Shown piece after piece: positions 46,972 through 55,867 of a DNA stretch of 64,000 nucleotides. How positions within the stretch are numbered: position 1 is the stretch's first letter; each line of letters opens with the position of its first letter. Under the pieces are notes generated by a model. That model was not told the DNA's origin and ran no database searches. It was given only the letters and a program-made list of their open reading frames with translations. Both the position numbers and the translations under genes were made by a program. This DNA is from Parcubacteria group bacterium (GTDB taxonomy: Bacteria > Patescibacteriota > Microgenomatia > UBA1400 > PJMF01), in the NCBI GenBank assembly GCA_943350175.1, contig CALQZX010000003.1, forward strand, positions 12,409-76,408. The letters are read 5' to 3'.

Positions 46972-47844
46972 ATGTCAACACAACTTTCCCCTTATCAGCG
47001 TTTACTCAAAGAGATTCTTGACGAAGGAGCCCAGGGCCAAACCCAGCAAGAAGTCGATACCATTAGCAAAATTGCCCCTGCTCCACTTCATTTCAAATTG
47101 AGTGAAGGTTTTCCAATCATTACTGAACGCAAAATCAGCGAAAAAATGTGGAAAGGAGCCATTGGCGAAATTATTGGTTTTATCAATGGCGCAAGAACTC
47201 AAGAAGAATTGGAAAAATATGGCTGTAATTGGTGGAAATCTTGGGTGACAGAAGCCAAATGCCACAAACGCGGCTTAGAAACTGGCGATCTTGGTCCTGG
47301 CTCTTATGGTGCTGCTTTCCATGATTTTCCAACTGCTGATGGCGGGACTTTCAATCAATTCAAAGAAATCATTGAACAAATCAAAGAACTCCCTCACCTC
47401 AAAACTCACTTCATCAGTCCTTGGATTCCCCAATATACGATTCGAGGCAAAGGCAAACAGCAAAAAGTCGTCGTTTGTCCATGTCATGGCTGGATTCACA
47501 TTCGCGTCATTAATAACAAACTAACTTTGCACATGTTTCAACGCTCTAGCGATGTGCCAATCGGTCTACCTGCCAACCTAGCTCAGTATGCTGCCCTGAC
47601 CATGATGATCGCTGAAGTGACTGGCTACGAAGCTTACGAATATATTCATAGTTTTTCTGACGCCCATATCTTTGTCGACCAAGTTGATCATGTCAAAGAG
47701 CTACTCACTCGTGAGACCAGACCACTACCAAGAATGATTCTCAAAAACAAGAAAAAAAACTTATTTGATTATCGCGTCGAAGATTTTGAATTAGTCGACT
47801 ACAATCCTCACAAAGGTATGTGGGATATTCCAGTTGCCGTTTAG
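46972..47844 (+). CDS. thyA: thymidylate synthase (ThyA)
   Basis: Catalytic Cys in VVCPCHGW and QRSSDVPIGLPANLAQYAALTMMIAE (compare [20 protein letters not shown]); TTGAAA/TACTTT promoter leaves ~3-nt leader. Confidence 0.9.
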   Translation: MSTQLSPYQRLLKEILDEGAQGQTQQEVDTISKIAPAPLHFKLSEGFPIITERKISEKMWKGAIGEIIGFINGARTQEELEKYGCNWWKSWVTEAKCHKRGLETGDLGPGSYGAAFHDFPTADGGTFNQFKEIIEQIKELPHLKTHFISPWIPQYTIRGKGKQQKVVVCPCHGWIHIRVINNKLTLHMFQRSSDVPIGLPANLAQYAALTMMIAEVTGYEAYEYIHSFSDAHIFVDQVDHVKELLTRETRPLPRMILKNKKKNLFDYRVEDFELVDYNPHKGMWDIPVAV

Positions 47845-47873
47845 TGGTAATTGGTAAAAAATTCAAGGAAAAA

Positions 47874-48344
47874 ATGAGTCAAAATAAAAATAATTTCATC
47901 AATGTCAATAATGCTCGTGCGGATGAGCAAATTGAGGTAATGCAAAAAATTGCCGATGAATCACATTGCCCTTTTTGCGAAGAGAATCTCCGTCTTTATC
48001 ACAAAAACCCCATTCTCAAAGATGGCAAATATTGGTTAGTCACCAAGAACCAATGGCCTTACGAGCACACTAAGCATCATTTTCTTTTAATCTATAAAGA
48101 ACACGCCGCTGTTCTATCTGATCTAGCAGCTGAAGCTGGCAGCGAGCTTTTTACCATGATTAAAGAATTAGAAAAAGAATATAAATTTGAAGGTGGTGGT
48201 TTTTCTATGCGCTTTGGAGACACCGACTTTTCTGCCGGTACTGTCAATCACTTACACGTCCAACTTGTCATTCCAGATGCCATGGCCAAAGATTTTGAGC
48301 CAGTAAAGATTAAGTTGGGATTGCAGTGGGATAGAAGAAAGTAG
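47874..48344 (+). CDS. half-size GalT-like HIT-superfamily nucleotidyltransferase/phosphorylase
   Basis: Zn-knuckle HCPFCEEN and active-site HxHxQ (NHLHVQLV) as in galactose-1-P uridylyltransferase / Ap4A phosphorylase branch; AAGGAAAAA RBS before Met 47874. Confidence 0.5.
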   Translation: MSQNKNNFINVNNARADEQIEVMQKIADESHCPFCEENLRLYHKNPILKDGKYWLVTKNQWPYEHTKHHFLLIYKEHAAVLSDLAAEAGSELFTMIKELEKEYKFEGGGFSMRFGDTDFSAGTVNHLHVQLVIPDAMAKDFEPVKIKLGLQWDRRK

Positions 48345-48357
48345 GATATTAAACCAC

Positions 48358-48969
48358 TTATTTTAAATCGAGATCGGTTAGTTTGTTTTTTAAAAGATAA
48401 GAAATACCAGTTAAATTTGCTATTTGTTCATCAAGTGGCAAAGAACCCAATTCTTTTATTTCCTTTTCTAAAATAGAATCATTAATAACTGGATTGACTC
48501 TTAAATATAAATCTTGCTCAAAAATTCCTGCAGTTTTCTCTTCAGGACTTATGGTCTTCACACCAAAAGCACTAAGAATTTTTCTAAAAAATTTATTTGG
48601 AGATGGTGTTTTTCTTATAGAATCAATTTTATGTTGAGCTCCAAACTGTTCCCTACTATTTTCATTGATTCTTGAAATAAGATTTCTGATCTGCTCAGCT
48701 TTATCAATCCATTCATTTTTAGTATTATCTATTTCATTTATTAAAAAAAGAATTCTATCTCTAGTAGATATTTCCCCAAATGCTATATCATTACCATTTA
48801 TTTTATCCAATAATTTCTTGGCTTCCGTAGCAAAATTTGCAATAATTTCATTCAAAGAATCATCAGCATAAGTGGGGATTTTTGGTAGTTCATGCACAAC
48901 CCCTTTAAGCGAGGCAATTGGATCTTCTTTGACAATTTCAACCATACAAACTTTCCTTATTTTTTGCAA
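48358..48969 (-). CDS. hypothetical protein (203 aa)
   Basis: ORF only; last gene of the minus-strand topA-to-dCMP-deaminase run. Confidence 0.4.
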   Translation of the reverse strand: MQKIRKVCMVEIVKEDPIASLKGVVHELPKIPTYADDSLNEIIANFATEAKKLLDKINGNDIAFGEISTRDRILFLINEIDNTKNEWIDKAEQIRNLISRINENSREQFGAQHKIDSIRKTPSPNKFFRKILSAFGVKTISPEEKTAGIFEQDLYLRVNPVINDSILEKEIKELGSLPLDEQIANLTGISYLLKNKLTDLDLK

Positions 48970-49886
48970 ACAAGATTATAGCAATTCTTAACGACCGATC
49001 TTTCTTGTTCCATTTTTTCAATTTCAATAAATTCCTCTTTAGAAAATTGCACCAAGACCACTTTCACTCCAAAAGCTCTGAGTATTTCCAAGCCATCTAA
49101 AACAGCATATCCTTTAGCATAGTAGACTTTTTTAATCCCAGAGACAGCTATCTGTTTGGCACAAATTGGACAAGGAAAAGTCGTCACAAACATTTCTGCT
49201 CCATCCAAGGCAATGCCTTTTTTTGCAGCCAAGGCAATGAGATTGGCCTCGGCATGAATGGAGCTACTAAAATCAGCTCCAACCCCAGAAGTATAGGAAA
49301 TACGAGGATCACTGTTCTTGTATTGTTGATCGCTAGTTGGTAGATGTTGATTACAACCCGCCATAATCACTTGACCATTTTTGGTGATTAAACCACCTAC
49401 ATGGCGCCACCAATCACTACTCTTGCCGGCCTCAAGAAAAGCCTTAACCATGGTTTTTTGCTCAAACTCTTCTCTACTGATTTTCATATCACTTGAGATT
49501 TCATTTTGCCCACTCATTAAATTTTTATCCCAGCGTAGAAAAATTGGCTCGAATTTTTTGTTAGCAACCTTAGAAAAAAACTTATCGGCAATAAAATGAC
49601 CGATGTCGTCATTGGTAAAAACAAATTGAACATCTGAGTCAATTAATTGATCAATTTCTGATAATTTGATTGATTTAACAATATTAAATATATTCCATGA
49701 TTTAACTGCTTGAACAGCTAAAGACAAGTTTAAAACCCGAATGTCTTTCTTTAAATATTCCAATTCTTCAAAGTCTAAAAGCTCTTCTTTGTCTAAAATA
49801 TACAACTCACTTTGCACATATTTAGCAAAAAATTCCTGATAACCACGGTGCAAAACTGGAATATAGGCGATAAGAATTTGTTTCAC
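48957..49886 (-). CDS. comEB: dCMP deaminase with ~150-aa N-terminal domain of unknown function
   Basis: C-terminal zinc deaminase motifs HAEANLI and PCPICAKQI; N-terminal half has no match to the canonical ~180-aa enzyme. Confidence 0.7.
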   Translation of the reverse strand: MKQILIAYIPVLHRGYQEFFAKYVQSELYILDKEELLDFEELEYLKKDIRVLNLSLAVQAVKSWNIFNIVKSIKLSEIDQLIDSDVQFVFTNDDIGHFIADKFFSKVANKKFEPIFLRWDKNLMSGQNEISSDMKISREEFEQKTMVKAFLEAGKSSDWWRHVGGLITKNGQVIMAGCNQHLPTSDQQYKNSDPRISYTSGVGADFSSSIHAEANLIALAAKKGIALDGAEMFVTTFPCPICAKQIAVSGIKKVYYAKGYAVLDGLEILRAFGVKVVLVQFSKEEFIEIEKMEQERSVVKNCYNLVCKK

Positions 49887-49896
49887 AGTAAACCTC

Positions 49897-50460
49897 TCAG
49901 TTTGTTTTTAATTCTTCAAGAACCTCTTCAATACTTTTAATCAATTTAGTTCTCATGCGATCTTGAAGCTTGCGAGCAGTATTCATTTGCATGAGGCGAA
50001 TTTTGGCAGTCGTGGAAGTCGTGGCCATTGGATCAAGCACTACCACTTTGCCGCAAATTTTCTCCAGATCTTTAATGGTTTTATCATCATAAGTTTCTGC
50101 TGTAGCGATCAAGACATCTGGTTTGATTAACTTAATTAGGTTGAATTTAGTCTCTCCAGCCTCTTTCAAAACTACATAATCAACACTACGCAAATGAGTC
50201 AACATTTCCATACGCTCATCTTCTGGAACGATTGGGCGATTTGGACCTTTGCGCTGACGAACTTTCTCATCACTATCTACGCCAACAATTAAGACATCAC
50301 CAAAATCACTAGCCATATCGCAGTAACGAGCGTGACCGATATGAACCAAATCAAAAGAGCCCTGAGTAAGAACTATTTTCTTTTTTTCTTTTCTCAATTC
50401 TTTAATAATTGGTGAAATATCAGCGGCTTTGAGAATGATATGAGCACTAGAATTATTCAT
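49897..50460 (-). CDS. cytidylyltransferase-fold nucleotidyltransferase (RfaE domain II / TagD / RibL-like)
   Basis: GSFDLVHIGHARYCDMASDFGDVLIVGVDSDE...RPIVPEDERMEMLTHLRSVDYVV...STTAKI aligns with TagD ([32 protein letters not shown]) and HldE C-terminal domain. Confidence 0.65.
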   Translation of the reverse strand: MNNSSAHIILKAADISPIIKELRKEKKKIVLTQGSFDLVHIGHARYCDMASDFGDVLIVGVDSDEKVRQRKGPNRPIVPEDERMEMLTHLRSVDYVVLKEAGETKFNLIKLIKPDVLIATAETYDDKTIKDLEKICGKVVVLDPMATTSTTAKIRLMQMNTARKLQDRMRTKLIKSIEEVLEELKTN

Positions 50461-50469
50461 AAACTTTTT

Positions 50470-51228
50470 CTATAGATGATATGGAACTTGATGTTTAAAA
50501 GCCACTGAGTCAACTCGTTGTAAAACCTTGGTTGCTAATTCCTGTTGTTCTTTAGGGAAAAGATTGAAAATTTCATTCTTCGGTACTTTTTGATCAATCA
50601 AATATGCGAGCACTTGATCGGCTAGCTCATAACTAAAGCCAAACTCTTGTTCATCACTTTGGTTTTGCCAAAGACCAGCGGAAGGAGCTTTCTCTAAAAA
50701 GACTTCTGGCAAATTAAGCTCTCTAGCCAGCTGACGAACTTGTGTTTTATATAGAGTCAGAAGTGGCTCAAGGTCAGAAGCCTCATCTCCAAAACGAGTA
50801 AAATATCCAAGATAATGTTCAGATTTATTTTCTGTACCAACTACCAAAGCATCTTTGCTTTTGGCATAATCAAAAACCGCCATCATACGAGCGCGAGCCA
50901 TTAAATTTCCTTTGCGCAATTGATCGCTCGATTCTACCTGCAGTGATTTGCAAGCTGCGTCGACCATTGAAGCGATATTTAAAGTTCTTCTATTCTCCAC
51001 TGGAATCTGCCAAAAATCCAAAATTGCTTCCGCATCTTCCATATTTTGTCGTTCATATGGCAATAAAATAGGCCAAATTTGTTCTTTAGGCATGGCTTTT
51101 ACGAGTAGCGAAAGCGAAAGTGCACTGTCGATGCCACCAGAAACAGCAATCACTGCATTTTTTTTAGCAGCTGCTGCAAAAGTTTTTTGCAAGAAAAGGA
51201 CAATTTCACCTATCTCAATCATAAACAA
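50470..51228 (-). CDS. nadE: NH3-dependent NAD+ synthetase
   Basis: PP-loop AVIAVSGGIDSALSLSLL. Confidence 0.85.
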   Translation of the reverse strand: MFMIEIGEIVLFLQKTFAAAAKKNAVIAVSGGIDSALSLSLLVKAMPKEQIWPILLPYERQNMEDAEAILDFWQIPVENRRTLNIASMVDAACKSLQVESSDQLRKGNLMARARMMAVFDYAKSKDALVVGTENKSEHYLGYFTRFGDEASDLEPLLTLYKTQVRQLARELNLPEVFLEKAPSAGLWQNQSDEQEFGFSYELADQVLAYLIDQKVPKNEIFNLFPKEQQELATKVLQRVDSVAFKHQVPYHL

Positions 51229-51236
51229 TTTACAAT

Positions 51237-51518
51237 TTAGCGTTTTTTACGCTTAGTTGTTTTCTTCGTTGGGGCAGTTTGTTTTTGCCAATTTTTATAA
51301 AGTGGATTTTCGGCAAAAAAGCATAAGTAAATAATTGGCAAAATACTCATGGTGTTTAAAACCATCAAGGCGATAAACCAAGCTGTTTGGTTGGCGCGCG
51401 CAGCGCGCCACAGCGATACCGCTCTTAGAATAAGATCTGTTAAAACCAAGGTTACGAAAAGAAAAGCCATGATAGGAAAAAGGTGCCAAAATTCTGGAAA
51501 ATATGATTGGTTAAACAT
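51237..51518 (-). CDS. small membrane protein (2-3 TM), hypothetical
   Basis: 93-aa hydrophobic ORF with basic C-terminus. Confidence 0.35.
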   Translation of the reverse strand: MFNQSYFPEFWHLFPIMAFLFVTLVLTDLILRAVSLWRAARANQTAWFIALMVLNTMSILPIIYLCFFAENPLYKNWQKQTAPTKKTTKRKKR

Positions 51519-51538
51519 AATTTAATTCTAGCATATCT

Positions 51539-51847
51539 TTATGCTCGTTTTTTGACCTTTACTCCCACCATATCTATTTGATCAAAATCTTGTCTCGCTA
51601 AATCCCAAAATTTTTCTGAAAGTTTCTGAGAATAGGTGCTAAAAACTCCTCTGCCCATTGAGCTGCATAAGCGACGATCGAAATCTCTAATTTTATCGAC
51701 TACTCTTTGGCCAACTTGATGAAATTCCTCTTCATTTGCTCCAGAGCTTTCTCTAAAGCGATCGTTAATTTTGAGAAAATCATCAAAAAGCTGACGATTC
51801 TCTGCTACCATTTTTTCATAATACTCACGATATTTGGTCTGTGACAT
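51539..51847 (-). CDS. hypothetical protein (102 aa)
   Basis: ORF overlapped by 23 nt from nadD; no motif. Confidence 0.35.
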   Translation of the reverse strand: MSQTKYREYYEKMVAENRQLFDDFLKINDRFRESSGANEEEFHQVGQRVVDKIRDFDRRLCSSMGRGVFSTYSQKLSEKFWDLARQDFDQIDMVGVKVKKRA

Positions 51848-52439
51848 AAAGCTTATTATCTTTTATATAATTAATTACTTTATCATCTAGTAGATCATTT
51901 AAGCTAGTATTATTCATAAAAGCTTCTCTGACTTTAGTTGAAGAAACTTCCATTTTTGGAAAACCATCCAAAGCTTTCATTCCTTCATGCAGCAAGGAAA
52001 AAGAAAATGAAACTCTTGGATAAACATAAAAAGGATATTTTTTTAGCATCAATTGATAATCATGCCAAAGGTGAAATTTAGCCAAATTATCTGAACCGAT
52101 TAAAAAGGAAAATTCATGCTCTGGATACTTCCCCGACAGGGCTTCCAAGGTTGAAAAAGTCTGACTCTCTTCCTCACGCTCTAACTCATATTTTTCTATA
52201 AAAACTTTATCTTTGAGTGAAGAATTATTCTCGAAAAGACTTTCCATCATTAGTGAAAGCATAGCTAAACGATGATTATTACTAACAAAATTTTTGGAGA
52301 AACTGTGCTGACCAACTGGCAAAAGCCAAAGCTGATCGAAAACAATTCCGTCGATCGATTTTGACAAAACCTGCTCTACCATTAGCTGATGACCTAAATG
52401 AGGGGGGTTAAATGTTCCACCGAAAACGAGAATTTTCAT
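51825..52439 (-). CDS. nadD: nicotinate-nucleotide adenylyltransferase
   Basis: KILVFGGTFNPPHLGHQLM (HxGH) and ISSTKVRE motifs. Confidence 0.8.
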   Translation of the reverse strand: MKILVFGGTFNPPHLGHQLMVEQVLSKSIDGIVFDQLWLLPVGQHSFSKNFVSNNHRLAMLSLMMESLFENNSSLKDKVFIEKYELEREEESQTFSTLEALSGKYPEHEFSFLIGSDNLAKFHLWHDYQLMLKKYPFYVYPRVSFSFSLLHEGMKALDGFPKMEVSSTKVREAFMNNTSLNDLLDDKVINYIKDNKLYVTDQIS

Positions 52440-54640
52440 TTCTTTTTCGCTACTGTTTTTTTCTTAGCAGCTGGTTTTTTTACTGACTTAGCTTTGGCAG
52501 GTTTTTTCTTAACAGCCGGCTTAGCTTTTTCATCTGGTTTCTTATTCTTATTCATCTTGGCCTTCCATTCTTCTCTCTTCTTTTTCATCTCATCCCACTC
52601 TGCCTGAGTCAGCTTGTAATCAACTTCTGGTTTTTTCCAGGAAGCAAAATCACATTTTGGATACAGCGAACAGCCATAAAATGGCTTACCCCATCTGGTA
52701 TTTTTTACTACCACATCACCTTCACCGCATAATGGGCAATGTTGATCTGGTAAAGTCTCTACAATATTCTTGGTGTACTTACATTCTGGGAAACGGCTGC
52801 AGCTCATAAACTTGCCAAAACGACCGGTACGAATCACTACTTCACCCTCGCTGCATTCTGGACATTTCTCACCAGTTTTTTCGACAGGCACTTGAACGCG
52901 CTCTGCTTCTTTGGTGACATCAGCAATTTTACTAGCGAGTGGCTTGTAAAATAAATCGATAATAGTTACCCAATCCTTTTCACCAAGAGCAATTAAATCC
53001 AGGTCTTCTTCCATAGAAGCTGTGAAGTCATAGTCCATGAAATTATTAAAATGCTCAACCAAGAAGTCACAAACAGTAATGCCAATTGAAGTGGCAAAAA
53101 ATTTCTTCTGCGTTCTTTCCACATAGGCTCTGTCAACAATCACTGAAATAATTGAAGCATAAGTACTAGGTCTACCAATGCCTTTTTTTTCTAGTTCTTT
53201 GACCAAAGAAGCATCATTGTATCTTGGAGGAGCTTGGGTAAATTTCTGCAAAGAAGCTAGATCTAAGTAAGCAAGAGCATCTTTTTCTGTAAGATTTGGC
53301 AAAATTTGATCTTCAGCAATTGAGAAGAGTCTTCTCCAACCATCAAATCTCACCACTGAACCACTGCTACGCAACATGTAGATATTTTTGTTCTCTTTAG
53401 CGCTGGCTTTGACCAAAATAGTGGTTTGATCGTAAATCGCGGCGTTCATCTGTGAAGCCAAGAATCGACGCCAAATTAAGTCGTAAAGCTTGATGTGTTG
53501 CTCAGTCAAAGAAGCTGCCTTGCTGACAATGTTGTTTCTATCAATTGAAAGATCGGTAACACGAATAGCCTCATGAGCTTCTTGAGCATTTTTGGATTTT
53601 TTATCAAAAACTCTAGCTTTAGCTGGCAGATAATCATTACCAAAATGCTTGGCGATGTACTCGCGAGCTTTATCTACTGCGGCGCTGGACAAGTTGAAAG
53701 AATCAGTACGGTGATAGGTAATTAAACCTTCTTCATAAAGCCTTTGCGCTAAACTCATGGTTTGCTTGGCTGAATAACCAAAACTCGTCGCAGCGGCTTG
53801 CTGTATTAATGAAGTGGTAAAAGGAGGTAAACTCTGGCGATTACGCTCGGTTTTCTCAACTTTATCAACCAAATAATTTGCAGTCAATAAATCTTTGGTA
53901 ATTGCATCGGCATCAGCAGCGTTGGAAATAACAGCTTTTTTATCATTAACCTTATCTAAGTTGGCAATAAAAATATTCTGATCCAAATTTTCTTTTGGCT
54001 TACCTTCTTCATCGAAAGCCTTTTGCTCTTTTAACAAACCGTCTTTGGCCAAAGCCACTGATAATTCCCAAAATTCTTCTGGCTTGAAAGCCAAAATTTC
54101 TTTTTCTCTCTCTACAATTAAGCGTAAAGCCACAGACTGAACACGTCCAGCAGACAGACCACGACGAATCTTTTTCCACAGCACTGGAGAAACCTGATAA
54201 CCAACTAAGCGGTCAAGAACACGACGAGCTTGCTGTGCATTGACCAGATCCAAATTAAGTTTTCCTGGATTTTCGATAGCAGCTTTGACTGCCTCTTTGG
54301 TAATTTCGTGAAAGGTAGAGCGATAAAAATTATCTTTATTCTTACTATCTTCAAGCAAAAATTTAATATGCCAAGCAATTGCCTCGCCTTCTCGGTCAGG
54401 GTCAGTCGCCAAATAGATTTTATCGGCAGTCTTGGCCAACTTACGTAAAGTAGCCACCACTTTCTTTTTATCAACACTCACTTCATAAACAGGTTGGTAA
54501 TGGTTCTCTAGATCAATGCCCAAAGTTTTCTTTGGCAGGTCTCTAACATGGCCCACAGAAGCCTCAATGGCATACTTGCTACCCAAGTAGTCTTTTAGTT
54601 TTCTGGCTTTAGTAGGTGACTCGACGATGACTAGATCCAT
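52436..54640 (-). CDS. topA: DNA topoisomerase I with Zn-ribbon repeats and Lys-rich C-terminal tail
   Basis: Toprim N-terminus MDLVIVESPTKARKL, catalytic Tyr region, C-terminal CxxC pairs, KKPAKAKSVKKPAAKKK tail. Confidence 0.9.
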   Translation of the reverse strand: MDLVIVESPTKARKLKDYLGSKYAIEASVGHVRDLPKKTLGIDLENHYQPVYEVSVDKKKVVATLRKLAKTADKIYLATDPDREGEAIAWHIKFLLEDSKNKDNFYRSTFHEITKEAVKAAIENPGKLNLDLVNAQQARRVLDRLVGYQVSPVLWKKIRRGLSAGRVQSVALRLIVEREKEILAFKPEEFWELSVALAKDGLLKEQKAFDEEGKPKENLDQNIFIANLDKVNDKKAVISNAADADAITKDLLTANYLVDKVEKTERNRQSLPPFTTSLIQQAAATSFGYSAKQTMSLAQRLYEEGLITYHRTDSFNLSSAAVDKAREYIAKHFGNDYLPAKARVFDKKSKNAQEAHEAIRVTDLSIDRNNIVSKAASLTEQHIKLYDLIWRRFLASQMNAAIYDQTTILVKASAKENKNIYMLRSSGSVVRFDGWRRLFSIAEDQILPNLTEKDALAYLDLASLQKFTQAPPRYNDASLVKELEKKGIGRPSTYASIISVIVDRAYVERTQKKFFATSIGITVCDFLVEHFNNFMDYDFTASMEEDLDLIALGEKDWVTIIDLFYKPLASKIADVTKEAERVQVPVEKTGEKCPECSEGEVVIRTGRFGKFMSCSRFPECKYTKNIVETLPDQHCPLCGEGDVVVKNTRWGKPFYGCSLYPKCDFASWKKPEVDYKLTQAEWDEMKKKREEWKAKMNKNKKPDEKAKPAVKKKPAKAKSVKKPAAKKKTVAKKK

Positions 54641-54691
54641 AATTTAACTTTCTTTCAAAAACATGCAACAGTTGCCCATTCTAGCTGTATT

Positions 54692-55828
54692 CTAGCTCAC
54701 TAAGCAATACTTGCCCCATTTTTTGATGATTTTACCTTGTAATTCCAAATCAAATAAGAGCTGATTTAACTTTTCCGAGTCTATCTCGGTATTTTTCAAA
54801 AGATCTTCAAAGGCCAATTCAGGATAAAAAGTTAGGTTTTGTAATAATTTTTCGGTAGGCTTGTCTGCTAAATTCTCCGTACCCTTTGTCAAAAAATCTA
54901 AATGATAATCACCGCCTATTTCAGTGAGGATGTCAGCGGCACTGTTCACCAAAATCGCTCCCTGAGAAATCAGGGCCTTTGTTCCTTCACTGAAAGGATT
55001 GGTGATCGGCCCAGGCACAGCCATCACCAAGCGACCATAGTCATTAGCATAACTAGCAGTAATATGAGAGCCGCTGCGTGCAGCGGCTTCAATGACTAAA
55101 GTTGCCTTAGATAAGCCAGCAACGATGCGATTGCGAATGACAAAATGAGCTGCTTTGGCCTGCGTCTCTGGAGGAAATTCACTTAGAAAAATCGCCCCAC
55201 GCTCCAGAAATTCCTGCATAATTTTTTTCTGACTAGAAGGAAAACAATGATTAAAACCAAAACCAAGCACGGCAATAGTTTGGCCGTTATTTTCTATTGC
55301 ACTTTGTGCTGCCGCCAGATCAACTCCATACATAAAGCCAGAAACAATAACTTTTCCGGCAGCAATTAGTGGCGGTAGAAGTTGTTTGATCGCTAGTTGA
55401 CCATAAGCTGTTATTTTTCGAGTGCCAACTACAGAAATTGTTTGACTAAAGGCATTTTGCCAAATCTCATCACCAACTTTTAGATGACTTTTGACAAACA
55501 AAACTATTGGAAAATCCTCTGTCGCCAACAAGAGTGCTGGATAGGCTTTTTCTTCAAAGGTCAGAGTCTGAATACCCGAAACTTCTAACTTAGCTAAATT
55601 GTCTAATAAATTATGTTCTTTTTTGAACTTATTGATTGATTCAACAATCTTTTCAGAAAGCAGCATCTCTTGCCAAATATGATTTTTATTAGCCCAAAAC
55701 TCTTCGTCACTGAGCTGCCTTTTTTGACAAACTTTGAGGATTTTAAAGACAGTTTTATGCCCTATTCCATTTATTGAAACAAGACCAATCAGGAAAGCCT
55801 TGCGTTTGCGATTAACTTCATGATTCAT
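54692..55828 (-). CDS. dprA: DNA-processing protein DprA (Smf)
   Basis: SAM/HhH N-terminus LVSINGIGHKTVFKIL and Rossmann-like core VGTRKITAYG...VVSGFMYGVDLAAAQSA. Confidence 0.85.
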   Translation of the reverse strand: MNHEVNRKRKAFLIGLVSINGIGHKTVFKILKVCQKRQLSDEEFWANKNHIWQEMLLSEKIVESINKFKKEHNLLDNLAKLEVSGIQTLTFEEKAYPALLLATEDFPIVLFVKSHLKVGDEIWQNAFSQTISVVGTRKITAYGQLAIKQLLPPLIAAGKVIVSGFMYGVDLAAAQSAIENNGQTIAVLGFGFNHCFPSSQKKIMQEFLERGAIFLSEFPPETQAKAAHFVIRNRIVAGLSKATLVIEAAARSGSHITASYANDYGRLVMAVPGPITNPFSEGTKALISQGAILVNSAADILTEIGGDYHLDFLTKGTENLADKPTEKLLQNLTFYPELAFEDLLKNTEIDSEKLNQLLFDLELQGKIIKKWGKYCLVS

Positions 55829-55867
55829 AGATAAGAATATTATCTATGAGCAAGGTTGCAAGAACTG

